Below are positions 9,304 to 19,058 of a DNA stretch of 42,448 nucleotides, in pieces. Each line of letters starts with the position of its first letter. Position 1 is the first letter of the stretch. The DNA is from Bacteroides sp. (GTDB taxonomy: Bacteria; Bacteroidota; Bacteroidia; Bacteroidales; Bacteroidaceae), in contig JBHAEN010000055.1 in assembly GCA_041855645.1 (NCBI GenBank), forward strand, positions 1 to 42,448, given 5' to 3'. The position numbers and the translations under genes were made by a program. Below the pieces are notes generated by a model that searched no databases, was not told the origin of the DNA, and worked only from the letters and a program-made list of their open reading frames with translations.

Positions 9304-10214
9304 TCCGTGATTTCTGCGGTTTGTTTTTTGAGCCTCGCCGTGTATTTTTCGAGCAGCATGACGGGCTGATACGACAGTTTGGCCTTTCGCAGTCCTTCGA
9401 TGCCCAAATCTTCTTCACGGTTGAGGTAGGTGTATTGTTCGGGAATCCGGGCGGCAAACTCATGGTTGATCATGGCATACGCGCCGTCGATGGCGGTATT
9501 GGCTTTTTCGACGTGAATGCCGAAAGTGTCGTGATTGATGGGCATGCCGAAGGTGAACGCCACCGTTTTTCCCTCCACTTGCAACATGCCGCCCGTAAGT
9601 CCCAACTCTTCGAAGTGGTGCAGCGCATAGGTCAACGCGCGCCGTTCGTTACCCGTTCCTTCTTGCTCGTCGCAGTTGTTGGCCCTGCACCATTCCGCTT
9701 CCAGCTTCATGCATTCGCCGATGTGCTGGGGAGTGATGGGGATGTAGGCATAGTCGGGATAAGTATTGCGAAATCGGTTGATGTGATTGCGCTTGGCCTG
9801 AAACTTTTTGCCTTTCAGCGTGGCGAGGTCTTCGCGCAGGTAGACATAGTCGGCATAATCGCGATTTGCCGTGAAAACGAATTGTTCCGGGAAATGCGTT
9901 TCAAGGACATCGCGCATGTTGCTGCATACGCCGAGCATCAGGAAAGGTTGCTGCTCGTGCTCCGCGTCTGCCATGATCCGACGGACGGCAGAGGTGGGAT
10001 CGCCTTCGCCTACGGGCATCATGTAGGCCAATTTGCCGTTAGCCCGGAACTTGAAGAACAGAAAGTCGTCCGCAACGGCAAATCGGGTGTCGTACAGGAA
10101 CCGCCAACTGCATAGGTTGGAAACGGAAAGGTCGCAGTTGCGTCGGTCGCCCGGAAACGTGTAAGCGGTGATGGCCTCTCTATCGGCCGGAGTGATGTCT
10201 TTAAAAGGAATCAT
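9300..10214 (-). CDS. DUF2156 domain protein (aminoacyl-PG synthase C-terminal/FemAB-like fold)
   Basis: DYVYLREDLATLKGKKFQAKRNHINRF, HVEKA and YLNREEDLGIEGLRKAKLSYQP. 4-bp overlap with the GNAT gene. Confidence 0.85.
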   Translation of the reverse strand: MIPFKDITPADREAITAYTFPGDRRNCDLSVSNLCSWRFLYDTRFAVADDFLFFKFRANGKLAYMMPVGEGDPTSAVRRIMADAEHEQQPFLMLGVCSNMRDVLETHFPEQFVFTANRDYADYVYLREDLATLKGKKFQAKRNHINRFRNTYPDYAYIPITPQHIGECMKLEAEWCRANNCDEQEGTGNERRALTYALHHFEELGLTGGMLQVEGKTVAFTFGMPINHDTFGIHVEKANTAIDGAYAMINHEFAARIPEQYTYLNREEDLGIEGLRKAKLSYQPVMLLEKYTARLKKQTAEITE

Positions 10215-10265
10215 GTCTGGGAAATTATTTCACGGAGTATAACAGTGGGAATGAGCTTTTTGTTG

Positions 10266-10961
10266 TCAAAGTATGCCTAATAAATGCAAAAGGGTGGGAG
10301 TGAGCAGTGCGGTCAGTATGCCGTTCAGTATCAATCCTAAACCGGCATAGGCTCCGTACTTGCTGCTCACGTTCATGGCAACGGAAGTGCCTACGGCATG
10401 CGATGCGGTTCCTATGGACAATCCTTGCGCAATGGGGCTGTGTACCCGCATGACCTGCATGGTTTTAAATCCGCATACAGCCCCGAATAACCCGACCAGT
10501 ACGACGACGGCCGCCGTGAGCGGAGGGATGCCGCCGATGCTTTGGGTTACTTCCATGGCTATGGGAGCCGTCACCGATTTGGGAGCGAGTGACAGAATGA
10601 TTTCGGGCGGAGCGCCCATCCATTTCGCGATGAGCGACACCGAAATAATGCCTGTGATGCAGCCTGCAAGTTGCGATAGCAGAATGGGTAAAAGTTGTTT
10701 TTTGATGGCTCCTAATTGAAGATAGAGCGGAACGCCCAAAGCGACAATGGCCGGGCGGAGCCAGAATTCGATCATTTCGGCCCCTTCCTTGTAAGCCTCA
10801 AAGGATACGCCTGTGACTTGGAGAAAAAGGATGGTCGCGGCCACCGTGATCAGTATCGGATTCAGAAGCGTCTGTCCCGTCTTGCGTTGAAGGAGTTTGG
10901 CCGCGAAGTATATGCCGAAGGTGAGAGACAGCAGGAAGAAACGATTCTCTAAAAAACTCAT
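10266..10961 (-). CDS. lrgB: LrgB family membrane protein
   Basis: Multi-TM protein with LAPKSVTAPIAM and GLSIGTASHAVGT. Confidence 0.92.
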   Translation of the reverse strand: MSFLENRFFLLSLTFGIYFAAKLLQRKTGQTLLNPILITVAATILFLQVTGVSFEAYKEGAEMIEFWLRPAIVALGVPLYLQLGAIKKQLLPILLSQLAGCITGIISVSLIAKWMGAPPEIILSLAPKSVTAPIAMEVTQSIGGIPPLTAAVVVLVGLFGAVCGFKTMQVMRVHSPIAQGLSIGTASHAVGTSVAMNVSSKYGAYAGLGLILNGILTALLTPTLLHLLGIL

Positions 10962-11296
10962 TTCAATTTACGGGTTAGTTGGTGTACCCATCCGGTAACG
11001 CAAAGCACCAAGATCGTGCTGACGACGGTGGCAATCGCTATGGGCCAAAATTGAACGCGGATGATGTCGAAGTAAACCATCAAGGCTACGCCGGGAGGAA
11101 CGAAAAAGAAACCGAGATGGGCAATGAGAAAATCCGTCATTCCCTTCACCCATTCGAGCTTGATCCATTTGAGATGTAGCAGCAAGGTGAGCAGCAACAT
11201 GCCGATGATGCTTGAGGGTAGTTTGATTCCCGTCAGAAAAACAATCAGTTCGCCTATGGCGAGACAACCGAAAAGAATGGCGCATTGAAGTATCAT
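10958..11296 (-). CDS. lrgA: CidA/LrgA family membrane protein
   Basis: 112 aa with LPSSIIGMLLL and FFFVPPGV; overlaps lrgB. Confidence 0.92.
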   Translation of the reverse strand: MILQCAILFGCLAIGELIVFLTGIKLPSSIIGMLLLTLLLHLKWIKLEWVKGMTDFLIAHLGFFFVPPGVALMVYFDIIRVQFWPIAIATVVSTILVLCVTGWVHQLTRKLK

Positions 11297-11346
11297 TCGG
11301 ATTGGATTTGAGATGAATAATTTGACGGGTTCGATGAAAGCCGATG

Positions 11347-11354
11347 CAAAGGTA
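11347..11354 (-). promoter_or_regulatory. -7 promoter box (TACCTTTG) for the lrgA operon
   Basis: CAAAGGTA on +, about 50 bp upstream of the lrgA start. Confidence 0.55.
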
Positions 11355-11449
11355 GGAAAAATAGAAGCCTCGTGTTAAATATTATGATTATTTAGACTTA
11401 GGAACAAAAAAAAGGAGGTTGTTTGCTATGTGTATATAGCAAAATTGCC

Positions 11450-11457
11450 TACTTTTG
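11450..11457 (+). promoter_or_regulatory. -7 promoter box (TACTTTTG) for pta-ackA
   Basis: TAnnTTTG match 54 bp upstream of the ATG at 11511. Confidence 0.55.
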
Positions 11458-11510
11458 TTGCGCAAATTCCCAATTCCTCTGCTACGTATAACATAAATTC
11501 TTATAGTATC

Positions 11511-12530
11511 ATGCTAAATCTAATCAACCAAATCGTGGAGCGTGCCAAAGCGAGCCGCCAACGCATTGTTCTTCCCGAAGGAACGGAAGAACGTACCTTG
11601 AAAGCAGCCAATCAAATTTTAACGGACGAAGTCGCTGATCTTGTCTTGTTGGGCAATCCTGATGAGATTCATGAGCTGGCTGTAAAATGGGGGTTGGGAA
11701 ACATCTCGAAAGCGGAGATCATCGATCCCGAAAATTCTCCTAAACATGAAGAATACGCACAACTGCTGTTCGAACTTCGCAAATCGAAAGGACTTACCAT
11801 CGAAGAAGCGCGCGAATTGACCAAAGAACCGCTTTATTACGGCTGTTTGATGATTAAGAACGGAGATGCCGACGGACAGTTGGCCGGAGCACGCAACACC
11901 ACGGAAAACGTGCTTCGTCCCGCTTTGCAAATCATCAAAACCACTCCGGGAATCACTTGCGTGTCGGGCGCGATGCTGCTGCTCACTCATGCTCCGGAAT
12001 ATGGCAAAAACGGTGTTCTGGTGATGGGCGACGTGGCCGTCATGCCCGTTCCCGATGCCCACCAACTTGCGCAGATTGCCGTTTGTACGGCGCAGACGGC
12101 CAAGGCCGTGGCCGGTATTGAAGCTCCCAAAGTGGCCATGCTCAGCTTTTCCACCAAAGGTTCGGCCAAGCACGAAGTGGTGGATAAAGTGATCGAAGCT
12201 ACACGCATTGCCAAAGAAATGGCTCCCACACTCGATTTGGACGGAGAATTGCAAGCCGATGCCGCTTTGGTTCCTGAAATCGGAGCGAGCAAGGCGCCGG
12301 GTTCGAAAGTGGCCGGAGCTGCCAACGTGCTTGTGGTGCCTAACCTCGAAGTAGGCAACATCGCTCATAAGCTGGTGCAGCGTCTGGGACATGCCGAAGC
12401 AGTGGGACCTGTGTTGCAAGGAATCGCCCGTCCGGTCAACGACCTGTCGCGCGGCTGTTCCATCGAGGACGTGTATCGCATGATTGCCATTACGGCCAAT
12501 CAGGCCATTGCAGCCAAAGCCGAGAAATAA
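11511..12530 (+). CDS. pta: Phosphate acetyltransferase
   Basis: RIVLPEG, AMLSFSTKGSA, DGELQADAALV and PVNDLSRG. ATG at 11511 chosen because the longer ORF start overlaps the promoter. Confidence 0.97.
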   Translation: MLNLINQIVERAKASRQRIVLPEGTEERTLKAANQILTDEVADLVLLGNPDEIHELAVKWGLGNISKAEIIDPENSPKHEEYAQLLFELRKSKGLTIEEARELTKEPLYYGCLMIKNGDADGQLAGARNTTENVLRPALQIIKTTPGITCVSGAMLLLTHAPEYGKNGVLVMGDVAVMPVPDAHQLAQIAVCTAQTAKAVAGIEAPKVAMLSFSTKGSAKHEVVDKVIEATRIAKEMAPTLDLDGELQADAALVPEIGASKAPGSKVAGAANVLVVPNLEVGNIAHKLVQRLGHAEAVGPVLQGIARPVNDLSRGCSIEDVYRMIAITANQAIAAKAEK

Positions 12531-12566
12531 ACCTACACCATATTATATATAGCAAGAAAACACAAC

Positions 12567-13769
12567 ATGAAGATTTTAGTATTGAACTGCGGAAGTTCAT
12601 CCATTAAATATAAATTGTTCGACATGACTTCAAAAGAAGTCATTGCACAAGGCGGTATTGAAAAAATCGGCCTGAAAGGCTCGTTCCTGAAATTGACGCT
12701 CCCCGGCGGGGAAAAGAAAATTTTGGAGAAGGATATTCCCGAGCATACGGCGGGCGTGGAGTTCATTCTCCGGACGCTCATCAATCCTGAGTACGGAGCC
12801 ATCCGCTCGCTCGATGAAATCAATGCCGTCGGCCATCGTACCGTACATGGCGGTGAACGCTTCAGCGAGTCGGTTCTGCTTACGCCGGAAGTGCTCGAAG
12901 TGTTTGAGTCTTGCAACGAACTGGCCCCGCTGCATAATCCGGCAAACCTGAAAGGAATCCGGGCCATTGAAGCCATTCTCCCCAATGTTCCTCAGGTGGG
13001 CGTGTTCGATACGGCTTTCCATCAGACCATGCCCGATTATGCCTACTTATATGCCATTCCTTACGCGCTGTACGAAAAATACGGTGTGCGCCGTTACGGT
13101 TTTCACGGAACATCGCACCGTTACGTGTCTCGACGCGTATGCGAGTTTCTCGGTGTAGATCCGAATCAGCAACGCATCATCACCTGCCATATCGGCAATG
13201 GCGCTTCTATTGCGGCAATCAAAGGAGGCAAGTGCATCGACACCACCATGGGACTGACTCCGCTGGAGGGCTTGATGATGGGAACGCGAAGCGGCGACAT
13301 CGACGCCGGAGCCGTCACTTTCCTGATGGACAAAGAAGGACTGGATACGGAAGGAATTTCCGACCTGCTGAATAAAAAGAGCGGCGTTTTGGGCATATCG
13401 GGTGTTTCCAGCGACATGCGCGAACTTCTGGCTGCTTGCGAGGCCGGCAACGAACGAGCCATCTTGGCCGAGAAGATGTATTACTACCGCATTAAGAAAT
13501 ACATCGGCGCCTATGCTGCGGCGCTGGGCGGTGTGGACATCATCCTGTTTACGGGCGGTGTGGGAGAGAACCAATTCGAATGTCGTCGCGAAGTATGCTC
13601 CGGATTGGAATATATGGGCGTCGAACTCGATTATCCGCTGAACGACAAGATACGCGGTACGGAGACGGTGATTTCGACTTCGGCTTCAAAAGTCAAAGTC
13701 GTGGTTATTCCCACGGACGAGGAGTTGATGATTGCTTCGGATACGGCTGAAATCTTGAATCGTCAATAA
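12567..13769 (+). CDS. ackA: Acetate kinase
   Basis: ILVLNCGSSSIKY, LAPLHNP, VFDTAFHQT, RYGFHGTSH and FTGGVGEN. Confidence 0.97.
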   Translation: MKILVLNCGSSSIKYKLFDMTSKEVIAQGGIEKIGLKGSFLKLTLPGGEKKILEKDIPEHTAGVEFILRTLINPEYGAIRSLDEINAVGHRTVHGGERFSESVLLTPEVLEVFESCNELAPLHNPANLKGIRAIEAILPNVPQVGVFDTAFHQTMPDYAYLYAIPYALYEKYGVRRYGFHGTSHRYVSRRVCEFLGVDPNQQRIITCHIGNGASIAAIKGGKCIDTTMGLTPLEGLMMGTRSGDIDAGAVTFLMDKEGLDTEGISDLLNKKSGVLGISGVSSDMRELLAACEAGNERAILAEKMYYYRIKKYIGAYAAALGGVDIILFTGGVGENQFECRREVCSGLEYMGVELDYPLNDKIRGTETVISTSASKVKVVVIPTDEELMIASDTAEILNRQ

Positions 13770-14518
13770 GAACCGCCGCGCAAGTTTCGTCCGGCGGAAC
13801 CTGTCGGTGTGTATTTCATTATTTGAGGGGCTTTGTCGAAAACTTCTGCTTTTCGGCTCAGCCCCTTTAAGTATGTGGGAAAACAATGGTTTGTTTCTCC
13901 CACTTCCTATGAACCGCGCATGGTTTCGTTGCGGCTCCGTCTGTTTTTGTTGTCTGATTTTTATTATTTTTCATAACGGTTGGTCGGGCAGATATATAAA
14001 AACGGACTGAGAACGAGGGCTGTTTTCAGCCTGCGTAGAAACACTGTTGGTCTTCTTCTTTTTTCGTTTCTTCCGCTTTTTTTAAGGGAAGAAGCCCCCA
14101 AAACGCGTCGGGACGATTATTTCTTCATTATCAAAAATATTTATAGGCCGTTCTGCGATTCTTTCCCAAATTGCCCGAATGATGCGCTGTGGCTTGTTTA
14201 TGGAATGACATTTTCCGTTCCTTTTTTTAGAAGTTTACATTCTTTTCTGTAGAATTGTCTTTGATTTTTTGATCAAAAAGTTGTTTTTCTGAAAAAACTC
14301 TCATAATTTCGCCTATGTTTTTCGCAGAGCTTTAGAAAGAGATATACATAACACAAACGAAAATGACCATGAAATACGGTGATTATTGCTTATTTCAGAA
14401 GACATTATTTCAAGCACGGTTAATGGTTAAACAGAGGGATGCTTTCTGAACGGAGCGTCATATCGATTTTTATTTTTGTACTACCTGTTTATTAACCTTT
14501 TAAAATACGACCTTATTT

Positions 14519-15499
14519 ATGCTTCATAGAATTACACTCCTATTTTATATACTCTTCGGGGCTTTTATGGGAGCTGAGGCCCAAAGCCGGAAAACGGTTT
14601 TGACCGCCGAAGTGTACGATTATCAACGCGACATGGTTCACTTCGATTGTTTGCAAACACCGCTTATCAATCAAGAATTTCATACCAATCCGGGCGAAGT
14701 GCACGAGTTTGCTTTTGAAACGGACAAGCCTGTCAGCATGCTCATCAACGGACAAGTTAAAGTGTTTTTGCAACCGGGCGACAGCCTTCATGCCGTGATA
14801 CGCTATAACGGAAAGTCCGTTTCCACGATGGATTTTAGCGGGACTCAGCAAGCCGTGACGCAGAATCGGCTGTATTGGGACGTTGAGCGTTTGCGCCGTT
14901 CCATGCGTTACAGGGCACAGTTGTTGAGTTGCGTGGTGCTCGACGTTAAACCGAAAGACCGCATCAACGACTCGCGCACGCTGCTCTCCAAAGTCGGCGC
15001 CATGCTTGAAACGGCAGGTGCGTCCGTATCGCCCGAGGCGGCAAGTTACATCCTTGCGGAAGTAGAATCGGCCGTTTTTCAATCCCTGATGGAATACCCG
15101 CCGATGTATGCCGAAACGAGAAAACTCCCCATCGAGCAGCAGGAAATCGGCGATTATTGGACGTTGATGGACGGATACACGCTTCGCAACGACGAGGTGA
15201 CCTTGCGTTGTCCCGAATACGCCATGATGCTGATGCGCTATTGTTTCTATGAAAATGCGAAAAAAGCTCATCAAGCCGGAAAGGAATATCAGCCTCCCAA
15301 GCGTTTTGAAGAGATTTATAAGGAACTGGCCGCTTTTCATCAGGGCGAGCATCGCGATTATGTGCTCTACATGTTGCTTTGCAATTTCATCAGGAACGGA
15401 AAAGAGCTGGAACGTGCCGAGCCGTTGTTGGCAGATTATAAAGAGAACTATAATAAAAACGAAGAGTATATCCGCATACTCGATCACCTTTTACAATAA
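14519..15499 (+). CDS. Secreted hypothetical protein, first gene of the SusC/SusD-TlpA locus
   Basis: 326-aa ORF with a signal peptide (AEA-Q). VFLQPGDSLH resembles N-terminal domains of Bacteroidetes TlpA-family proteins, but there is no CxxC. Confidence 0.75.
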   Translation: MLHRITLLFYILFGAFMGAEAQSRKTVLTAEVYDYQRDMVHFDCLQTPLINQEFHTNPGEVHEFAFETDKPVSMLINGQVKVFLQPGDSLHAVIRYNGKSVSTMDFSGTQQAVTQNRLYWDVERLRRSMRYRAQLLSCVVLDVKPKDRINDSRTLLSKVGAMLETAGASVSPEAASYILAEVESAVFQSLMEYPPMYAETRKLPIEQQEIGDYWTLMDGYTLRNDEVTLRCPEYAMMLMRYCFYENAKKAHQAGKEYQPPKRFEEIYKELAAFHQGEHRDYVLYMLLCNFIRNGKELERAEPLLADYKENYNKNEEYIRILDHLLQ

Positions 15500-15640
15500 T
15501 CTTTTTTGAGGAAAACCCCTCTTGTGCACAGGGCTTTATGGACTGTGTGCAAGAGGTTGGGATGAGATGTGACGGCATTCGCTTTCATGTCTTGTTTCAG
15601 GTGGATTTTATTGATTACTAACATAAGAAGAACACATCGT

Positions 15641-18600
15641 ATGAGAAAGACAAAATTCTGTGTGATACTTTTCTGCATGACACTTCTTCTGACCATTGTT
15701 CCATCGGCCGGCGGCATAGGCGGAAAGCTGTATGCCCAGAATCGTGCGGACGAGAGTTGGAAAGAACAGAAAATAACACTGAGAGTGAGTAATGAAACAC
15801 TGGGAAATGTGTTGTTAAAAGTGGCCAACGCCGCCGGCGCGAATCTTATTTTGCAGGAAGTGACGCTTGTCGGCATCAATCAGCCCACGACGTTGAACGT
15901 AAAAGACAAACCTTTGGACAAGATTTTGGCCGAACTGCTTCACGATCAGAACGTGAAGGTTCGTTATGAAGCCGACAAGAAAATTATCGTCGAGCCGGTT
16001 GCACCTTCGGGAGCAACGGAAAAAGAGAAATCCGGAAAAATCTTTTTGATAGAAGGGGTCGTAACCGGTTCCGACTTTGGAGAACCTCTGATCGGTGCCA
16101 CGGTCATGGTTACCGACGGGACGGAAGAAGGCGGAGTGGCCGGCGCGATTACGGACCACGACGGGAAATTCAGCCTGAAGGTGGAACCCAAATCGTCTAT
16201 CCGTGTGTCTTATATCGGTTATGAAAGTTATTCGCAGCAGATAACGGCGCCGGCTTCCGGGATGAAGATTGTCTTGTCGCCTGCCGCAGTCGGTATGGAC
16301 GAAGTGGTGGTCACCGGTATCAGCAAACGCAGTAAAACGAGCTTTACGGGAAATTACGTTTCGGTGAAAGGGTCTGATTTACGGAAACTTTCTCCCAACA
16401 ACATTTTGAAAGGACTTCAGTTTTACGATCCCAGTTTCAAGGTGGCCGACAATAACAGAAGGGGTTCCGACCCGAATGCTTTGCCCGAATTTTATATGCG
16501 CGGCGATCAGTCTATGGGCGGTTCCGCCAACATGAGCAGCATGGACTTGATGCTCGACAACGTATCGAGCCGTCCCAACACGCCGTTGTTCGTATTGGAC
16601 GGATTCATTGTCAGCATACGTCGCATTCTGGAACTCGACCCCGAGCGTGTGGAAAACATCACCATTTTGAAAGATGCAGCGGCGACTTCCATCTACGGTT
16701 CGCGTGCGGCCAACGGCGTGGTGGTGGTGGAAACGAAAGTGGCCCCCGACGGTGTGCTTTCGGTTTCGTACAACGGTGCGCTGACGGTGGAAGCTCCCGA
16801 CTTGACCGACTATAACATGATGACGGCCGAAGAAAAACTCAGGACGGAAGTGAAAGCAGGTCTGTATCCGGAAACGAATCCCGCCTTGATGAACGAATAT
16901 AACCGTTACTTGCGCAACGTCTTGTCGGGGGTAAATACCTACTGGCTGTCGCAACCGTTGCGTACGGCTTTCCAGCATCGTCATTCGCTTAATGCAGCCG
17001 GAGGGACGGATGTGTTCCGTTACAGCCTCGGCTTGAACGCCGGATTCCGTCCGGGAGTGATGAAAAGCTCGTCCAATGACACGAGAAGCATCACTTTCAA
17101 CATGACTTATCGCAAGGATAAGACGACGGTAGGTGCTTCGATCAACCTGACCGAGACTAAGGGAACCGATTCGCCCTACGGATCTTTCTCGTCTTATACG
17201 AGTATCAATCCCTATTATCCTCTTACCGATGAAAACGGCAACTATCAGCCCGTGTTGGATAACCACCTGGCTGCCGGGAGCAGGCTCATCAGGAATCCGC
17301 TGTATAACGCGAACCTCAATCTGAAAGACTTCACGAATAACCTGACGATCACCGGAAACCTGAATCTGGAGTACATGATCACTAATAATCTTCGCCTTTC
17401 CGAACAGCTATCGTACGTGCGTGGTATGGTTAAAGACGAGACTTTCCGTCCGGCCAACCATACGTTGTTCGTTGCCGAAACGGATTTGACAAAGAAAGGA
17501 AGCTATGACAAAAGTGTCGGCGACCTGACCACATGGTCGAGCAACTTGTCTCTCAACTGGAACCTTCCGTTTGAACAGCACCTGCTCAGTTTGATGGGTA
17601 ACTGGACGGTTAATGAAGATCGCAGCAATTATGTCAATCTGCATGCTACGGGCTATCCGAGCGAAATGATGGACGATTTCATATTCGGTTATCAGATGCA
17701 AGACAGACCCAGCGGAACGGAAGCCATGTCGCGTGCGATGGGCTTCATCGGGCAGTTCTCTTACAGCTACGATAACCGCTATTCGGTCGATTTCAACCTG
17801 AGCAGCGAACTTTCGTCGCGCTATAATGCCGATCAGCGTCTGGCACCTTTCTGGTCGACCGGTGTCCGCTGGAATGCCTATCGCGAAAAGTTCCTGCAAG
17901 GCTATGTGTCCAACCTTGTGCTGCGTGCCACTTACGGAATAACGGGTGAACAAAACTTTAATCCTTACGAAGCCATCGAGTTCTATACCTTCTCGGGAAT
18001 GATGAAACCTTACAAATCGTTTTCCGTGTTGGGAGCCAAATTGAACGCGTTGCATAATCCGAATTTGGGCTGGGCGAAGACCGACAACTTCAGCTTGGGC
18101 TTGGAAGTCGGTGTCTGGAAAAACCGACTGAATGCAACTTTCAATTATTATAACAACATCACTCGTCAGCTGCTGACCAACTATGACTTGGCTCCTTCCA
18201 CCGGTTTTTCTTCGCAGACCATCAATGCCGGCGAATTGCAGAATAGTGGTTTCGACTTCGGTTTGAATCTTATTGCCGTGCAGGATATTAAGAACAACTT
18301 TTACTGGACACTGGGAGTCAACGGTAATTACAACAAAAACAAAATCCGCAAAATCTCGGACTTCCTTCGTAAAATGAACGAAAAAGCCTTGAGTTCCACC
18401 GGATCTCCCACGCCGATTTATCAGGAAGGAGAATCTACGACAACGCTTTTTGTCGTTCGTTCGCTGGGCATCGACCCCGTGACGGGCAAGGAAGTGTATC
18501 TGAAAAAAGACGGAACGAAAACCTTCGAATGGGATCCCGCGGATAAAGTGGCCGTAGGCGATACGCGTCCCAAGTTGAGCGGAACGTTCAATTCTTCCGT

Positions 18601-19033
18601 AAACTGGAAAGATTTGTCTTGCACACTGGCTTTCAGCTATCGTTGGGGAGGCATAATCTACAACAGCACACTGTTGGATAAACTGGAAAACAGCAATCTT
18701 GTTCATAATCTGGATCGTCGCGCGTTGGATAGCCGATGGGAGAAAGAAGGCGACGTTGTCCGTTACAAACGCTTTATGCCTGCCGGAAATGAAACGCCGG
18801 CGAGCAGTCGTTTCATCATGGACGACAATGAACTGAAACTGGCAAGTTTGAATCTGGGCTATCGTTTCCATAATGACAAATATACGTTCCTGCGCAAAAT
18901 GAACATCGATTTGGTTTCGTTGAACTTTACGACCAACGACCTGTTCCGCATCTCGTCCGTGCGTATGGAACGCGGCTTTGATTACCCGTTTTCTCGCAGC
19001 TATACGTTGTCTATGTCTGTTTTGTTCAAGTAA
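15641..19033 (+). CDS. susC: SusC/RagA family TonB-linked outer membrane protein with N-terminal STN-like extension
   Basis: EPLIGATV, DEVVVTG, plug motif LKDAAATSIYGSRAANGVVVVETK and C-terminal YPFSRSYTLSMSVLF. An extra domain (KITLRVSNETLGNVL...) precedes the CarboxypepD-like domain. ATG at 15641 preferred. Confidence 0.95.
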   Translation: MRKTKFCVILFCMTLLLTIVPSAGGIGGKLYAQNRADESWKEQKITLRVSNETLGNVLLKVANAAGANLILQEVTLVGINQPTTLNVKDKPLDKILAELLHDQNVKVRYEADKKIIVEPVAPSGATEKEKSGKIFLIEGVVTGSDFGEPLIGATVMVTDGTEEGGVAGAITDHDGKFSLKVEPKSSIRVSYIGYESYSQQITAPASGMKIVLSPAAVGMDEVVVTGISKRSKTSFTGNYVSVKGSDLRKLSPNNILKGLQFYDPSFKVADNNRRGSDPNALPEFYMRGDQSMGGSANMSSMDLMLDNVSSRPNTPLFVLDGFIVSIRRILELDPERVENITILKDAAATSIYGSRAANGVVVVETKVAPDGVLSVSYNGALTVEAPDLTDYNMMTAEEKLRTEVKAGLYPETNPALMNEYNRYLRNVLSGVNTYWLSQPLRTAFQHRHSLNAAGGTDVFRYSLGLNAGFRPGVMKSSSNDTRSITFNMTYRKDKTTVGASINLTETKGTDSPYGSFSSYTSINPYYPLTDENGNYQPVLDNHLAAGSRLIRNPLYNANLNLKDFTNNLTITGNLNLEYMITNNLRLSEQLSYVRGMVKDETFRPANHTLFVAETDLTKKGSYDKSVGDLTTWSSNLSLNWNLPFEQHLLSLMGNWTVNEDRSNYVNLHATGYPSEMMDDFIFGYQMQDRPSGTEAMSRAMGFIGQFSYSYDNRYSVDFNLSSELSSRYNADQRLAPFWSTGVRWNAYREKFLQGYVSNLVLRATYGITGEQNFNPYEAIEFYTFSGMMKPYKSFSVLGAKLNALHNPNLGWAKTDNFSLGLEVGVWKNRLNATFNYYNNITRQLLTNYDLAPSTGFSSQTINAGELQNSGFDFGLNLIAVQDIKNNFYWTLGVNGNYNKNKIRKISDFLRKMNEKALSSTGSPTPIYQEGESTTTLFVVRSLGIDPVTGKEVYLKKDGTKTFEWDPADKVAVGDTRPKLSGTFNSSVNWKDLSCTLAFSYRWGGIIYNSTLLDKLENSNLVHNLDRRALDSRWEKEGDVVRYKRFMPAGNETPASSRFIMDDNELKLASLNLGYRFHNDKYTFLRKMNIDLVSLNFTTNDLFRISSVRMERGFDYPFSRSYTLSMSVLFK

Positions 19034-19058
19034 TTGTTGAACCTAAATACATTGAAAA

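Noticed and set aside
15251-15260. GAAAATGCGA matches the first 10 nt of the reverse complement of spacer 1 (self-targeting?)
   Set aside because: The match stops at 10 of 30 nt, which is compatible with chance and too short for targeting.
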